This document shows, piece after piece, positions 39,343-50,172 of a stretch of DNA of 64,000 nucleotides. Positions within the stretch are counted from its first letter, which is position 1. Each line of letters begins with the position of its first letter. Made by a program: the position numbers and the translations under genes. The stretch lies in assembly GCA_040380835.1 (NCBI GenBank), contig JBEIIK010000002.1, positions 1,570 through 65,569 of the forward strand, given 5' to 3'. The notes beneath the pieces were generated by a model, which was given only the letters and a program-made list of their open reading frames with translations, was not told where the DNA came from and made no database searches. Origin of the DNA: Ignavibacteria bacterium. GTDB taxonomy: Bacteria > Bacteroidota > Ignavibacteria > Kapaibacteriales > Kapaibacteriaceae.

Positions 39343-41469
39343 CTAGAACTGAATCGTGCTGCGAACGGCGCCGATAATGTCTGAAACGTTCAGAAGGATC
39401 GCCTGCTCAAGGCTCTTGGCAAAGCCTACCGGCGTGTCCTTGGAGCCGATCCGGGCTACGGGTGCGTCAAGGTATCGGAACAGCTCCTCGCCGATAGCCG
39501 AAGCGATCTCACCTCCAAAACCGCCGGTCTTCTTGTCCTCGTGCGCAACCACACAGCGGCCGGTGCGCCGGACGTGTTCGAAGACGAGATCTTTGTCCCA
39601 GGGGGCTAGCGAACGCAGATCGATCACCTCAACATCAATGCCCTCGGCCGACAGTTGCTCGGCGGCCTGCAGACTCCAGTGGACGGCAGTACCGTAGGTG
39701 ACGATTGTCACGTGGGAGCCCGAACGACGCACACGGGCTCTTCCAAAGGGGATAATGTAGTCTTCGCTCGGCATCGGTGCCGATGTCGGGCGATAGTTGT
39801 AGAGGAACTTGGGCTCAAGAAACATGGTGGTGCCCCGCGAACGGATGGCGTTGCGCATCAGGCCCACGGCGTCATCGGCAAAGGACGGACACACAACCCG
39901 AAGTCCGGGAAGTGTCGTAAATGTCCCCTCAAGGTTCTGGGAGTGATACAACCCTCCCTGAATGTAACCTCCGGAGGCCAAACGAATAACCATGGCCGGG
40001 GCAAACTGACCCTTGGTGCGCCAGTAGTCGTGTGTACACTCGATGAGCTGCTCCATGGCTGGCCAGAAGTAGTCAGCAAACTCAGCCCCCTCGACAACCA
40101 CACGGATATCGTCCCTGTAGCGCGTCATGCCGTTGGCAGTACCGACGATAAAATCCTCAGCGATCGGTGCGTTGAACACGCGGTCGTTTCCGAACTCGTC
40201 AAGCATGCCCTTGCAGACGTTGAAAATCCCCTGCTTCTTGAACGAGGCCACGTCCTGACCGAACAGGAAGGTGGCCGGGTTGCGACGAAACTCCTCATGC
40301 AGGGCGCTCACAATACCTTCGCGGAAGGTCACCACCGGAGCATCGGCAGAGGGGGTATAGCGTGATTCGGAATCATCGTCGTAGCTGATAACAGGGTCAG
40401 GAATGACAAACTGCGTGTACGATGCCGGATCTGGATCGGCAAGGGGCTCGATGGCATCCGCAGCTGCAAAAATGGCGTTCTTGTTGGCATCTTCGATGTC
40501 CGACAGTTCCTGGTCCGTGGCCAGGCCGGCAGCGATCAGCGTGGCGCGCATCCGAGGAAGAGGATCGCGGTCCTTCATGGCCTGGAGGTCTTGCGCCTCA
40601 CGGTATAGCTCGTGATTATCAGAGTTTGAGTGCGAACCGATGCGGTCACAGTCGGCGTGGACCATGGCAGGCCCCTTGCCGCTGAGCGCATAGTCACGCG
40701 CCTGCTCCATGGCCCGGTACGAATCCATGGGGTTTCGGCCATCACAGTAAATGATCTTCAGGTTTGTAAAGCCGCTGAAGTTCTCAGCAACCACGGGGTT
40801 GGCGGTCTGCTCGCGCACCGGCACGCTGATGCCGTACTTGTTGTTCTGGATCACAAAAACGATCGGCAGCTTCTCACGGTCGGCGCCGTTGACGGCCTCG
40901 TAGTAGTAGCCTTCAGATGTTGTGCTTTCGCCGGTTGAACAGTACACCACCTCGTCGCCGTTGAACTTGCGGATCGACCGTGCCGTACCCACAGCCTGCT
41001 GTGAGTGGTTGCCGGTGCAGGAAGATGAGTTCTGCAGGTTGATGGAGATCTTGGCAAAGTGGTTGCTCATGTGACGGCCCCCACCGGCTACATCAACGTC
41101 CTTTGACAGGCCGTTGGCGATGATCTCTTCGACCGTTACGCCGGCAGCAAGCGACGTCAGCATGTCACGGTAGTAGGGGAACAGGAAATCCTTACCCGGA
41201 CGGAACACCTTGCCAAGGGCAAGCTGAATCCCGTCATGACCGGCAAACGGGGCGTGATAGGACCAGCCCTTGGCCATCTTCAGGTAGTTGGCCGCCTTCT
41301 CGTCAAGACGTCGGCCCAGATGCTGCGTCCGGTACCAGTCGATGAGCGTCTCCTTCGAGAAGCCCTTGATGTCGAACAGATCTGTGCGTGGTGCATTCGG
41401 CGGCGGCGCCACCTTCGGCGGCTTCGTTGCTGCAGACTTTCTTGATGTTGCCTTGGTCGTCTTGGCCAT
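39343..41469 (-). CDS. Fused alpha/beta E1 component of a 2-oxoacid (branched-chain alpha-keto acid) dehydrogenase.
   Basis: 708 aa. N-terminal TPP-binding alpha-like half; C-terminal beta-like half 'FLFGQDVASFKKQGIFNVCKGMLDEFGNDRVFNAPIAEDFIVG'. This fused architecture is typical of Bacteroidetes/Chlorobi. Confidence 0.85.
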   Translation of the reverse strand: MAKTTKATSRKSAATKPPKVAPPPNAPRTDLFDIKGFSKETLIDWYRTQHLGRRLDEKAANYLKMAKGWSYHAPFAGHDGIQLALGKVFRPGKDFLFPYYRDMLTSLAAGVTVEEIIANGLSKDVDVAGGGRHMSNHFAKISINLQNSSSCTGNHSQQAVGTARSIRKFNGDEVVYCSTGESTTSEGYYYEAVNGADREKLPIVFVIQNNKYGISVPVREQTANPVVAENFSGFTNLKIIYCDGRNPMDSYRAMEQARDYALSGKGPAMVHADCDRIGSHSNSDNHELYREAQDLQAMKDRDPLPRMRATLIAAGLATDQELSDIEDANKNAIFAAADAIEPLADPDPASYTQFVIPDPVISYDDDSESRYTPSADAPVVTFREGIVSALHEEFRRNPATFLFGQDVASFKKQGIFNVCKGMLDEFGNDRVFNAPIAEDFIVGTANGMTRYRDDIRVVVEGAEFADYFWPAMEQLIECTHDYWRTKGQFAPAMVIRLASGGYIQGGLYHSQNLEGTFTTLPGLRVVCPSFADDAVGLMRNAIRSRGTTMFLEPKFLYNYRPTSAPMPSEDYIIPFGRARVRRSGSHVTIVTYGTAVHWSLQAAEQLSAEGIDVEVIDLRSLAPWDKDLVFEHVRRTGRCVVAHEDKKTGGFGGEIASAIGEELFRYLDAPVARIGSKDTPVGFAKSLEQAILLNVSDIIGAVRSTIQF

Positions 41470-41502
41470 GGTGATGATTCCTGTGGTGTTTCGCCTTGAT
41501 TT

Positions 41503-42444
41503 TTACTTGCGTGATGAGGCCGCCGCTCGGACGAACGTCAGCCACCCGAACGGGTCCTGCCCGTGAACAGTAACGCTATGAAAAGCCTGCTGAAGCGCTC
41601 GTGTGACAGGCCCCACCTTGCCCCTTCCTACTGCGATCCGGTCCACGGACTTCACGGGCGTGATCTCGACGGCCGTACCGGTTAGGAACATCTCGTCGCA
41701 GCTGTAGAGCATTGCCCGCGGAATGTTCTGCTCGCGCACCGTAACGCCAAGTTCGTCTGCCAGGGTGATCACGGTGTTGCGCGTGATCCCCGGAAGCAGA
41801 GAGCTGGCCGAAGGGGGCGTAATCAGTTCGTCGTTGACGACAACGAAGACGTTCTCACCGGAACCCTCGGCAATGTTGCCATAGGCATCCAGACAGATAC
41901 CTTCGGCATAACCGTTTTCGACGGCCTCCATCTTCACGAGCTGGGAGTTCATGTAATTCCCGCCGGCCTTGGCCATCGACGGTAGGGAGTTCGGCGTGAT
42001 GCGGTCCCATGAGGAAATGCACACATCCACGCCGTTCTGGGCTGCATCGTCGCCCAGGTATGCACCCCATTCCCATGCGGCAATGTAGACCTCCACCGGA
42101 CAGCGCAGGCCATAGACGCCCATGTCGCCGAAACCTCGCAGGGCAAAGGGGCGGATATAGCACTGACGCAGTTTGTTGCGCCGGACAAGATCCACCGCGG
42201 CCTCGCTGAGTTCGTCGACCGTGAATGGCAGTTGCGTGCGATACACCTTGAGAGACTGGTGTAGGCGGTGCATATGGTCGTGAAGTCGGAAAATGGCCGT
42301 TCCCTGCTCTGTCTCATAGCAACGGATTCCCTCAAACCACGACGAGCCGTAATGCACAACGTGCGACAGGACGTGGATGTTGGCCTTTTCGAACGGAATG
42401 AAACTTCCGTTCTTCCAGATTGTCTTCGTCGGTGTTATCGGCAT
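41503..42444 (-). CDS. ilvE: Branched-chain amino acid aminotransferase.
   Basis: 'IWKNGSFIPFEKANIHVLSHVVHYGSSWFEGIRCY', PLP fold type IV. 313 aa. Confidence 0.85.
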   Translation of the reverse strand: MPITPTKTIWKNGSFIPFEKANIHVLSHVVHYGSSWFEGIRCYETEQGTAIFRLHDHMHRLHQSLKVYRTQLPFTVDELSEAAVDLVRRNKLRQCYIRPFALRGFGDMGVYGLRCPVEVYIAAWEWGAYLGDDAAQNGVDVCISSWDRITPNSLPSMAKAGGNYMNSQLVKMEAVENGYAEGICLDAYGNIAEGSGENVFVVVNDELITPPSASSLLPGITRNTVITLADELGVTVREQNIPRAMLYSCDEMFLTGTAVEITPVKSVDRIAVGRGKVGPVTRALQQAFHSVTVHGQDPFGWLTFVRAAASSRK

Positions 42445-42461
42445 GATCTCTCCACTGAATT

Positions 42462-43946
42462 CTATTGTGGTACCGTGGATGATTCCAATGCTTCCTTCAT
42501 CAGCTGTGTTACGATCGTCGGATTGGCAGAGCCGCCAGAGGCCTTCAGTACCTGACCCACAAAGAAGCCCAGAAGGTTCGTCTTGCCCTCCCGGTACTTA
42601 CGAAGGTTGTCAGGATTGCTCTGAATAACGCCCTGCACAAGAGCCAGTAGTGCCGATGGGTCGGATATCTGCTTCAGACCCCGCTCCTCGATAAACTCCT
42701 GGGCCGTGCGGCCTGTACCCAGCATGTCCGGGAAAATGTCCTTGGCCGTCTTGCTGCTAATTGTTCCGTCTGCAATGACGTCAACAACTGAGGCTAACTG
42801 ACCGGACGTCAGCCCAACCTCGGAAACAGTGCACTTGCGCTCTCCCATGATGCGCAGTACATCGGTCATGATCCAGTTACTGACAAGCTTGTAGGTTTCA
42901 GGTCCGGGTGATGCCAGCAGGCTGCCCGTCTCTTCGTAAAACGCTGATACGGCAAGGTCTTCGACAAAGATCCCTGCGTCGTAGGCCGGTATGGAATATT
43001 GCTGGGTGAACCGGCGCTTCTTGGCCAGCGACAACTCGGGGATGGTGGTGCGCAGGTGCTCAAGACGCTCATGGTCCACCACCACCGGACCCAGGTCCGG
43101 CTCGGGAAAGTACCGATAATCATGGGCCTGCTCCTTGGATCGCATCACCCTGGTGCGCTGCGCCCCGGCATCCCACATGCGGGTTTCCTGCACAACCTGT
43201 TCGCCCCTTTCCAGCATGGCAATCTGGTCGTTGATCTCGAATTCTATGGCTTTCTCGACGTTGCGGAAAGAGTTCAGGTTCTTCACCTCGCGCTTAGTTC
43301 CCAAGGCGGACGCGCCGCGCAGGCGCACCGAAACGTTTGCGTCGCAGCGCATGCTGCCCTCTTCGAGGTTGCCGTCGCAGATCCCGAGGTAGATCAGAAT
43401 CTGGCGCATCTGCTGGAGGTACTGATAGGCCTCGTGGGGCGTGCGGATGTCCGGCTCGCTCACGATCTCGATAAGGGGCACCCCGGCCCGGTTAAGGTCC
43501 ACAAGCGTGTCGATGTCAAGGTCGTGGATGCTCTTACCCGAGTCCTCTTCCATGTGGATGCGTGTGATGCCGATCGACTTTGGACCCTGTTCGGTTTCGA
43601 TCTCTACCCAGCCATCGTGACAGATCGGATCAGCATACTGCGTGATCTGATACCCTTTCGGCAGATCGGGGTAGTAGTAGTTCTTGCGGGAAAAGGTGGA
43701 CGTGCGCCTGATCTGACAATTCGTTGCCAGCCCCATGCGCACTGCGTACGCTACGAGGTTCTCATTCAGGACGGGCAGAACACCAGGATGACCCAGGCAT
43801 ACGGGACAGACGTTCACGTTCGGCTGTGCACCGTAGGTGGTGGAGCAGCTACAGAACGCCTTCGACGCCGTTGTAAGCTGGGCGTGTACCTCAAGGCCAA
43901 TGACGGCCTCGTAGGCGCTGTTTTGGGATGGTGCGGAGGTCTCCAA
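42462..43946 (-). CDS. gatB: Asp-tRNA(Asn)/Glu-tRNA(Gln) amidotransferase subunit B.
   Basis: 'YEAVIGLEVHAQLTT...KAFCSCSTTYGAQPNVNVCPVCLGHPGVLPVLN'. 494 aa. Confidence 0.9.
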   Translation of the reverse strand: METSAPSQNSAYEAVIGLEVHAQLTTASKAFCSCSTTYGAQPNVNVCPVCLGHPGVLPVLNENLVAYAVRMGLATNCQIRRTSTFSRKNYYYPDLPKGYQITQYADPICHDGWVEIETEQGPKSIGITRIHMEEDSGKSIHDLDIDTLVDLNRAGVPLIEIVSEPDIRTPHEAYQYLQQMRQILIYLGICDGNLEEGSMRCDANVSVRLRGASALGTKREVKNLNSFRNVEKAIEFEINDQIAMLERGEQVVQETRMWDAGAQRTRVMRSKEQAHDYRYFPEPDLGPVVVDHERLEHLRTTIPELSLAKKRRFTQQYSIPAYDAGIFVEDLAVSAFYEETGSLLASPGPETYKLVSNWIMTDVLRIMGERKCTVSEVGLTSGQLASVVDVIADGTISSKTAKDIFPDMLGTGRTAQEFIEERGLKQISDPSALLALVQGVIQSNPDNLRKYREGKTNLLGFFVGQVLKASGGSANPTIVTQLMKEALESSTVPQ

Positions 43947-43999
43947 AGGACCCCAAAACTACGGAAAATCGGTTCCCGAGGGGGCAGTTTCCGCCGTCG

Positions 44000-44941
44000 T
44001 TACCCGAAGACAAGACTTCCGAGGTCCACGTTACCTCCACACAGCACAATGCCGATGCGACGTCCACAGGCTAGCTCCGGACGCTCCAGCAGCACACCGA
44101 CCGTCACGCCGGCACTCGGTTCAATAACGAGTTTAAGACGCGACATCACCAGAAGCGTTCCCCGGCGGATGCTGTCCTCAGATGCGGTCTCGATCTCTAC
44201 GCCCGTTGCACGGAGTTGATCAAAGGTCTTCGGGCCAAGCCCGGTACGCAAGCCGTCGGCTATGGTCATGCTGTCTGTAGGGGGCTGAAGCACCCCGGTC
44301 AGCATCGACTCTTTGGCATCGGCCGCAATGACCGGCTCGGCGCCGACGACCATTGCCCGAGGCTGCAGTGCTCGAACGGCCGTGGCAAAACCTCCCATCA
44401 GACCGCCGCCACCGACCGGCGCCATGACCATGTCAAGGTCCGCCACCTGCTCACACAGCTCCAGCCCGACCGTGCCCTGGCCGGCCATGATCCGGTCATC
44501 ATCATAGGGGGGGACGACATGCGCACCGGTCTGGCCGGCGATGCGCTCCGTCGTTTCTACGCGCGACTGCAGTGTCGGCTCACAGAAGACCACCTGCGCA
44601 TCGTACCCACGCACGGCGGCAACCTTTACTGCAGGGGCGGTATGGGGCATGATGATCGTACAATCGATCCCACGCAGTCCCGCAGCATAGGCCAGCGCCT
44701 GGGCGTGATTACCGCTGGAATGCGTGATCACGCCATGCCGGGCCCCCTGCTCATCAAGCTGCAGAATGGCGTTGACAGCGCCCCGAGCCTTGAAAGCCCC
44801 GACCTTCTGCAGGTTTTCGCACTTGAAGAAGATCTCCGCCTCGAACATCTCGTTGATAACCTTCGAGGTCATCACCGGCGTGCGATGAACGAAAGGGGCT
44901 ATGCGTTCGGCCGCCGCACGGATGTCGTCAATGCTGATCAC
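44000..44941 (-). CDS. PLP-dependent threonine/serine dehydratase (threonine ammonia-lyase / serine racemase family).
   Basis: 'FFKCENLQKVGAFKARGA' (PLP lysine), 'HSSGNHAQALA', Gly-rich 'APVGGGGLMGG'. 313 aa. Confidence 0.8.
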   Translation of the reverse strand: MISIDDIRAAAERIAPFVHRTPVMTSKVINEMFEAEIFFKCENLQKVGAFKARGAVNAILQLDEQGARHGVITHSSGNHAQALAYAAGLRGIDCTIIMPHTAPAVKVAAVRGYDAQVVFCEPTLQSRVETTERIAGQTGAHVVPPYDDDRIMAGQGTVGLELCEQVADLDMVMAPVGGGGLMGGFATAVRALQPRAMVVGAEPVIAADAKESMLTGVLQPPTDSMTIADGLRTGLGPKTFDQLRATGVEIETASEDSIRRGTLLVMSRLKLVIEPSAGVTVGVLLERPELACGRRIGIVLCGGNVDLGSLVFG

Positions 44942-44947
44942 GCGCGC

Positions 44948-46972
44948 CTACATGTTGCGGCGGTACTGTCCACCGACGTCATAAAGCGCCTGCGTCATCT
45001 GGCCTAGCGAACAGTCCTTGGCCGATTCCATCAGCGACGCAAAGATGTTGCCGTTCTGAACAGCCGTGTGGCGCAGGTTCTCGAGTGCTGCCGTAGCGGC
45101 CTGGCCGCCGCGCTGCTTGACAGCGCCGACGTTGGAGATCTGTTGCTCCTTCTCTTCGGTGGTCGAGCGTATGACCTCGGCTGGGATCACCGTTGGCGAG
45201 CCCTTCGAACTTAGAAACGTGTTCACGCCCACGATCGGATACTGTCCGGTGTGCTTGAGTGTTTCGTAGTAAAGAGATTCTTCCTGGATCTTGTTTCGCT
45301 GGTACATGTTCTCCATCGCGCCCAGCACGCCGCCGCGGTCGGAGATACGACGGAATTCCGTGCAGACGGCTTCCTCCACAAGGTCAGTCAGTTCTTCGAT
45401 GATGAACGAGCCCTGAATCGGGTTCTCGTTCTTAGCCAGCCCCAGCTCGCGGTTGATGATAAGCTGAATCGCCACGGCCCGTCGCACACTTTCTTCGGTC
45501 GGCGTGGTGATGGCTTCGTCGTAGGCATTGGTGTGCAGGGAGTTGCAGTTATCGTAGATCGCATACAGCGCCTGCAGCGTTGTGCGGATATCGTTGAAGT
45601 CGATCTCCTGCGCGTGCAATGAACGACCCGAGGTCTGAATGTGATACTTCAGCATCTGTGACCGTTCGTTGCCGGCATAGACGTTCTTCATGGCCTTGGC
45701 CCAGATGCGCCGTGCCACGCGTCCGATAACACTGTATTCGGGATCGACGCCGTTGGAGAAGAAAAACGAGAGGTTCGGTGCAAAATCGTCGATGTTCATG
45801 CCCCGTGAGAGGTAGTACTCGACGTACGTAAACCCATTGGCAAGCGTAAAGGCCAGCTGTGTGATCGGGTTCGCCCCGGCCTCGGCGATATGATATCCGC
45901 TGATCGAAACAGAGTAGAAATTGCGGACGCTTTCCTGGATGAAATACTCCTGAACATCGCCCATCATTCTGAGTGCGAACTCCGTAGAGAAGATGCACGT
46001 GTTCTGCGCCTGGTCTTCTTTGAGAATGTCGGCCTGAACAGTTCCACGTACGCTACGAAGCGCGCGCTGCCGACACTCCTCATAGAGGTCGGCTGGCAGA
46101 ACCTTGTCACCGGTGATACCGAGCAGCATCAGTCCAAGACCGCTGTTGCCCTCAGGTAGCTCGGTCGATCCGTCGCCATGACGGTATTGTGGCCTGGAAA
46201 GCCCCTTTTCAGAGAAGTACGCGTCGATCTTTGCTTCGACCTCTTCAACCATTCCGCGCTCACGGATCAGTTTTTCGCACTCCTGGTCGATGGCAGCATT
46301 CATGAAGAAGGCCAGGAGCATCGGCGCCGGACCGTTGATCGTCATGGAAACGCTGGTGGAGGGGGCGCACAGGTCAAACCCCGAATACAGTTTCTTGGCA
46401 TCATCTAGTGAGGCAATGCTCACGCCCGAGTTGCCGATCTTTCCATAAATGTCGGGGCGGTGGTCAGGGTCCTCTCCGTAGAGCGTCACACTATCAAACG
46501 CCGTGGAAAGGCGTGCAGCTGACATGCCCCGTGAGACATAGTGGAAGCGCCGGTTGGTTCGCTCCGGACCACCCTCACCGGCGAACATCCGCGTCGGGTC
46601 TTCGTTGGTGCGCTTGAACGGATACACACCGGCCGTGTAGGGGAATTCGCCCGGGACATTTTCCTGCATGCACCAGCGGACGATCTCGCCCCAGTCTTTG
46701 AACCGCGGCAGGGCGATCTTCGGAATGCGGGTATGCGCGAGTGATTCGGTATAGTTTTCGACCTTGATCTCGCGTCCGCGAACACTGTAGGTGTAATGCT
46801 CGCCCTGGTAGAGTGCCTTCTTTGCATCCCAGGTGGTCAGTAGATGACGCACCTCACGGTCAAGCTGGGCCTCGAGGTCTTCAGCTGAGCGGCGCAGCGT
46901 GTCCACTGTAAGCCTCATGGCATCAGCGTCGGTAATCTCCGTGTTTACGGTCGTGGTGGGGTTGATACTCAT
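44948..46972 (-). CDS. Acyl-CoA mutase catalytic (substrate-binding TIM-barrel) subunit, corresponding to the C-terminal two-thirds of IcmF (isobutyryl-CoA mutase fused).
   Basis: Methylmalonyl/isobutyryl-CoA mutase family similarity throughout (e.g. '[36 protein letters not shown]'). Start set at '[10 protein letters not shown]', 4 bp after the upstream lipoprotein gene stop. Confidence 0.8.
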   Translation of the reverse strand: MSINPTTTVNTEITDADAMRLTVDTLRRSAEDLEAQLDREVRHLLTTWDAKKALYQGEHYTYSVRGREIKVENYTESLAHTRIPKIALPRFKDWGEIVRWCMQENVPGEFPYTAGVYPFKRTNEDPTRMFAGEGGPERTNRRFHYVSRGMSAARLSTAFDSVTLYGEDPDHRPDIYGKIGNSGVSIASLDDAKKLYSGFDLCAPSTSVSMTINGPAPMLLAFFMNAAIDQECEKLIRERGMVEEVEAKIDAYFSEKGLSRPQYRHGDGSTELPEGNSGLGLMLLGITGDKVLPADLYEECRQRALRSVRGTVQADILKEDQAQNTCIFSTEFALRMMGDVQEYFIQESVRNFYSVSISGYHIAEAGANPITQLAFTLANGFTYVEYYLSRGMNIDDFAPNLSFFFSNGVDPEYSVIGRVARRIWAKAMKNVYAGNERSQMLKYHIQTSGRSLHAQEIDFNDIRTTLQALYAIYDNCNSLHTNAYDEAITTPTEESVRRAVAIQLIINRELGLAKNENPIQGSFIIEELTDLVEEAVCTEFRRISDRGGVLGAMENMYQRNKIQEESLYYETLKHTGQYPIVGVNTFLSSKGSPTVIPAEVIRSTTEEKEQQISNVGAVKQRGGQAATAALENLRHTAVQNGNIFASLMESAKDCSLGQMTQALYDVGGQYRRNM

Positions 46973-46976
46973 GGTC

Positions 46977-48359
46977 CTATCTGGCGTGAATGACCGAGTG
47001 CAGTCCGATCGATGAAACAAGCCCCCCAACCCAGAGCGTGCGAACCTGGCCCGGCTCCAGCACGATTTCGGTCGGAGGCAGAATGGCCGTCTTTGTTCCG
47101 GCCCGATACGCCACAAGCCTGTATCGGCCGGGAGCGATCGTGATGAACTGATTCGTCGTTCCAGGCACGCTGCTGCTTTCACGGAACTCCAGAGATCTCC
47201 AACCGTCGGGAAAAAGCTCTGTGGTGTCCTGCTGCAGCGCGATATCCAGAAGGGGGCTGTCCGGAGAAAGATTGATCACCCGTAGCGATATCTGCGTGGG
47301 GTCCTGGGCGCGCTCCGGCTCGGAGAGTTCCATGCCGACGATGTTCGGCGGTACAAGAGTTCCAGTGACAAACATGGTCTTACGGCTGCGAAGTGTGGCC
47401 AGAGTACGGACGTTGTCGACCAGCGGCGTACCGTTGGCAACGACTTCCAGAGTATGCGTACCGAGCTCCAGCTCGACATATCCTGTGGCGTTCGGAAAAG
47501 CCACCTGGGCCATTGAAGGGGGCGTCTTTCCATCGATCCTGACGTTGAAACTGCGCACACCGGTGACGGCATTAACGACCTGGAAGTTGCCCACATCCGG
47601 CGGAATGAAGAATTCGACCGGTGCCTGATCAGCCCCGTCAGATACCAGCACGGGCCTGAACGACCATGAATCGCCAAGATCCAACGTGCCCGTCAACAGA
47701 AGTGTATATGAAGCTCCGGCTACGAAGGTTACAGTGCGTGTTGCCGCGTCGTAGGGAATCTGCCACTGCCGAACCACGCGCATGGCGTGCTCGCCGGGTT
47801 CAACCGTTACCCAGCGCGAAACAGCCCGTAGCGTGAGCTCGGAAGAGCCCACCAGCAGGGCATCACCGAGAAACACCGACAACTCGCCGGTGGTGGGCGT
47901 GCAGGCATCGGCAGCATTGATCACCCGCAGCCGGCATTTTCCAGCCGCAACGGTTGCGCTGTCTCGCACGATCACGACAGAGTCCGGCATGCGCCGCGGC
48001 TCGAAGAGAGAGTTGGCGGGAAAGACAATGACCGAAGAAATCGACGATGACGGGAAGGAACCTGTCGTGCGGGCATGCACCGTGGAGCTTTGTCCATTGT
48101 CGATCACGACCTCAGCGTTCTCATAGGAGGACGCCAGTTCGAGCCGAGGACCCTGCGCCCCGGAGGCTACAGTCGTTCCGTAGGCTGCTCCGGCAACATT
48201 CAGCCTGGCGAGCTTGGAAGACGCCATGGTATTGTAGAGCCGGAAGGTTGGTTTCCTTTCGGCTGGAGCCACAGGGTCTGTTCCACTGCAGGATGTCAAT
48301 ATCAGCACAGTGACCAACAGTCCTATGGCCGGTATGCTTCGTGGAGTGAAGAGTCTCAT
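46977..48359 (-). CDS. DUF4397-like repeat lipoprotein, encoded between the two halves of the split IcmF.
   Basis: Lipobox 'LILTSC|SG'. Repeated about 100-aa units with 'RVIN(A/L)SPD...LD' type motifs. ATGA overlap with the B12/GTPase gene at 48356-48359. Confidence 0.6.
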   Translation of the reverse strand: MRLFTPRSIPAIGLLVTVLILTSCSGTDPVAPAERKPTFRLYNTMASSKLARLNVAGAAYGTTVASGAQGPRLELASSYENAEVVIDNGQSSTVHARTTGSFPSSSISSVIVFPANSLFEPRRMPDSVVIVRDSATVAAGKCRLRVINAADACTPTTGELSVFLGDALLVGSSELTLRAVSRWVTVEPGEHAMRVVRQWQIPYDAATRTVTFVAGASYTLLLTGTLDLGDSWSFRPVLVSDGADQAPVEFFIPPDVGNFQVVNAVTGVRSFNVRIDGKTPPSMAQVAFPNATGYVELELGTHTLEVVANGTPLVDNVRTLATLRSRKTMFVTGTLVPPNIVGMELSEPERAQDPTQISLRVINLSPDSPLLDIALQQDTTELFPDGWRSLEFRESSSVPGTTNQFITIAPGRYRLVAYRAGTKTAILPPTEIVLEPGQVRTLWVGGLVSSIGLHSVIHAR

Positions 48360-49780
48360 CGGCGTGACTTCTCAGCTGCAAGCTGCTCTTCGATATGTTC
48401 AATGGTGCCGTTTACCTGCCAGAGTGCCCGCGCGATGGACGCCTGCTTCTGCACATGGGCATCGTAGCGCTTGCTCTCTTCCACAAGTTCTGCCAGGTAT
48501 CGCGTCCGGTCGGGCGGAATGATGTAGATCTTCTCACTCATTTCGCTGGTCACAGCAAAGGACGACGTCCACGGCAGCGAGCAGCGTGACACCAGAGCAT
48601 CGATGATTGCGCGGTACAGGGTGTTGGTGCCGGGATCGTTGAACTGCGAGGCAATCGTTCCATGGACAGGCATATTCTCAAGGGGCTCACCAAATCTCTG
48701 ACGACTGCGCTGGTATTGCTTACGCACATCACGCAGGGCATCCAGGGCGCCCCTTTTATCAAACTTGTTCAGAGCGATCAGGTCGGCGTAGTCGATCATA
48801 TCGATCTTTTCCAGTTGCGTTGCCGCGCCAAACTCCGGGGTCATTACGTACATCGAAACGTCGCAGACATCGGTGATCTGACTGTCGCTCTGGCCGATTC
48901 CGGCCGTTTCGACAATGATCAGATCGTACTCGGCATAGGACAGTATGCGGATAGCATCAGCCACGTGGGGATTCAGGGCCACATTGGCCTCCCGGGTGGC
49001 AAACGAACGCATATACACACGGTCGTGGCTGACGGCGTTCATCCGGATACGGTCACCGAGCAGGGCCCCGCCGGTCTTGCGTTTTGAGGGGTCGACGCTC
49101 AAAACGGCAATTCGCCGGTCGGGCTGGTCAAGGAGAAACCGCCGGACGATCTCGTCTGTCAGCGATGACTTTCCGGCGCCACCCGTCCCGGTGATGCCAA
49201 GAACAGGAGCACGGCCGGCATCGTCGGCAAAGGCGATCAGGTCTTTGTGACCGCGCTCGGCACAGGATATTGCACGGGCAATGGCCATGGGACTGCGCAT
49301 TCTTACCCGTTCAGCCAGGGTTTCGGGCTCGTCAACCGGCGGAACGAAGTCGCTCCTTTCTACCAGGTCGTTGATCATCCCCTGCAGGCCCATGGCACGT
49401 CCGTCATCCGGCGAATACACGCGCGTGATCCCGACCGCGTGCAGCTGCTCGATCTCCGTTGGCAGGATCGTACCGCCGCCTCCGGCGAAGATGCGGATAT
49501 GTTCGGCCCCCTGCTCATCAAGCAGGCGCCGCATGTAGGTCAGATACTCGACATGACCGCCCTGGTAGGACGTCATGGCAATGGCCTGGGCATCCTCCTG
49601 GATGGCACAGTCCACCACTTCCTTTACCGAACGGTTGTGTCCCAGGTGAATGACCTCGCAACCGGTGGCCTGGATGATGCGGCGCATGACATTGATGGCG
49701 GCATCGTGTCCGTCGAAGAGCGAGGCCGCCGTAACGACGCGGACGTTGGTCGAGGGCGTGTAAGGGGCTTGCTGTTGCAT
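48356..49780 (-). CDS. Cobalamin-binding domain fused to a MeaB/ArgK-type G-protein chaperone, corresponding to the N-terminal third of IcmF.
   Basis: B12 motif DxHxxG '[11 protein letters not shown]', P-loop '[13 protein letters not shown]', 'NKFD'. 474 aa. Confidence 0.85.
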   Translation of the reverse strand: MQQQAPYTPSTNVRVVTAASLFDGHDAAINVMRRIIQATGCEVIHLGHNRSVKEVVDCAIQEDAQAIAMTSYQGGHVEYLTYMRRLLDEQGAEHIRIFAGGGGTILPTEIEQLHAVGITRVYSPDDGRAMGLQGMINDLVERSDFVPPVDEPETLAERVRMRSPMAIARAISCAERGHKDLIAFADDAGRAPVLGITGTGGAGKSSLTDEIVRRFLLDQPDRRIAVLSVDPSKRKTGGALLGDRIRMNAVSHDRVYMRSFATREANVALNPHVADAIRILSYAEYDLIIVETAGIGQSDSQITDVCDVSMYVMTPEFGAATQLEKIDMIDYADLIALNKFDKRGALDALRDVRKQYQRSRQRFGEPLENMPVHGTIASQFNDPGTNTLYRAIIDALVSRCSLPWTSSFAVTSEMSEKIYIIPPDRTRYLAELVEESKRYDAHVQKQASIARALWQVNGTIEHIEEQLAAEKSRR

Positions 49781-49953
49781 GCGATCGTTGACGGGGTTAG
49801 TGTGGACAACGCCGCAAAACTACACAGGATAAGGGGTTCACGCCGCGGTTAGCCCCTTCAGCTTCAGCCCGAAGGCGTAATCCCGAACCTGGTTCGCATA
49901 TTGCCATAAACGCCCCGATAGAGCGGGCAGAATGGAACCATCACGGAGTTACA

Positions 49954-50163
49954 ATGACCAGAAACATCGGATCGGCAGATAAAGCGATACGGATCTCGGC
50001 TGCTGCCCTGATCGGTCTTGGAATCGTCCTTGGATGGGTTTCAGGAACAACGGCGTGGATTCTGGCAGGTGTGGCTGTGACACTGGTTGGCACGTCCATG
50101 GTGTCATTCTGCGGCCTTTACACTATCCTCGGCATTAACACCTGCAAGGTTGCCCGTTCATGA
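49954..50163 (+). CDS. DUF2892 (YgaP-like) small membrane protein.
   Basis: 'DKAIRISAAALIGLGIVLGWVS...LYTILGINTC' is the characteristic 69-aa two-TM profile. Confidence 0.6.
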   Translation: MTRNIGSADKAIRISAAALIGLGIVLGWVSGTTAWILAGVAVTLVGTSMVSFCGLYTILGINTCKVARS

Positions 50164-50172
50164 CGTCCGTTC

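Noticed and set aside
42999-44219. 406-aa plus-strand ORF spanning gatB and the threonine dehydratase gene.
   Set aside because: It runs across two well-supported minus-strand genes and their intergenic gap. This is a shadow ORF in high-GC DNA.
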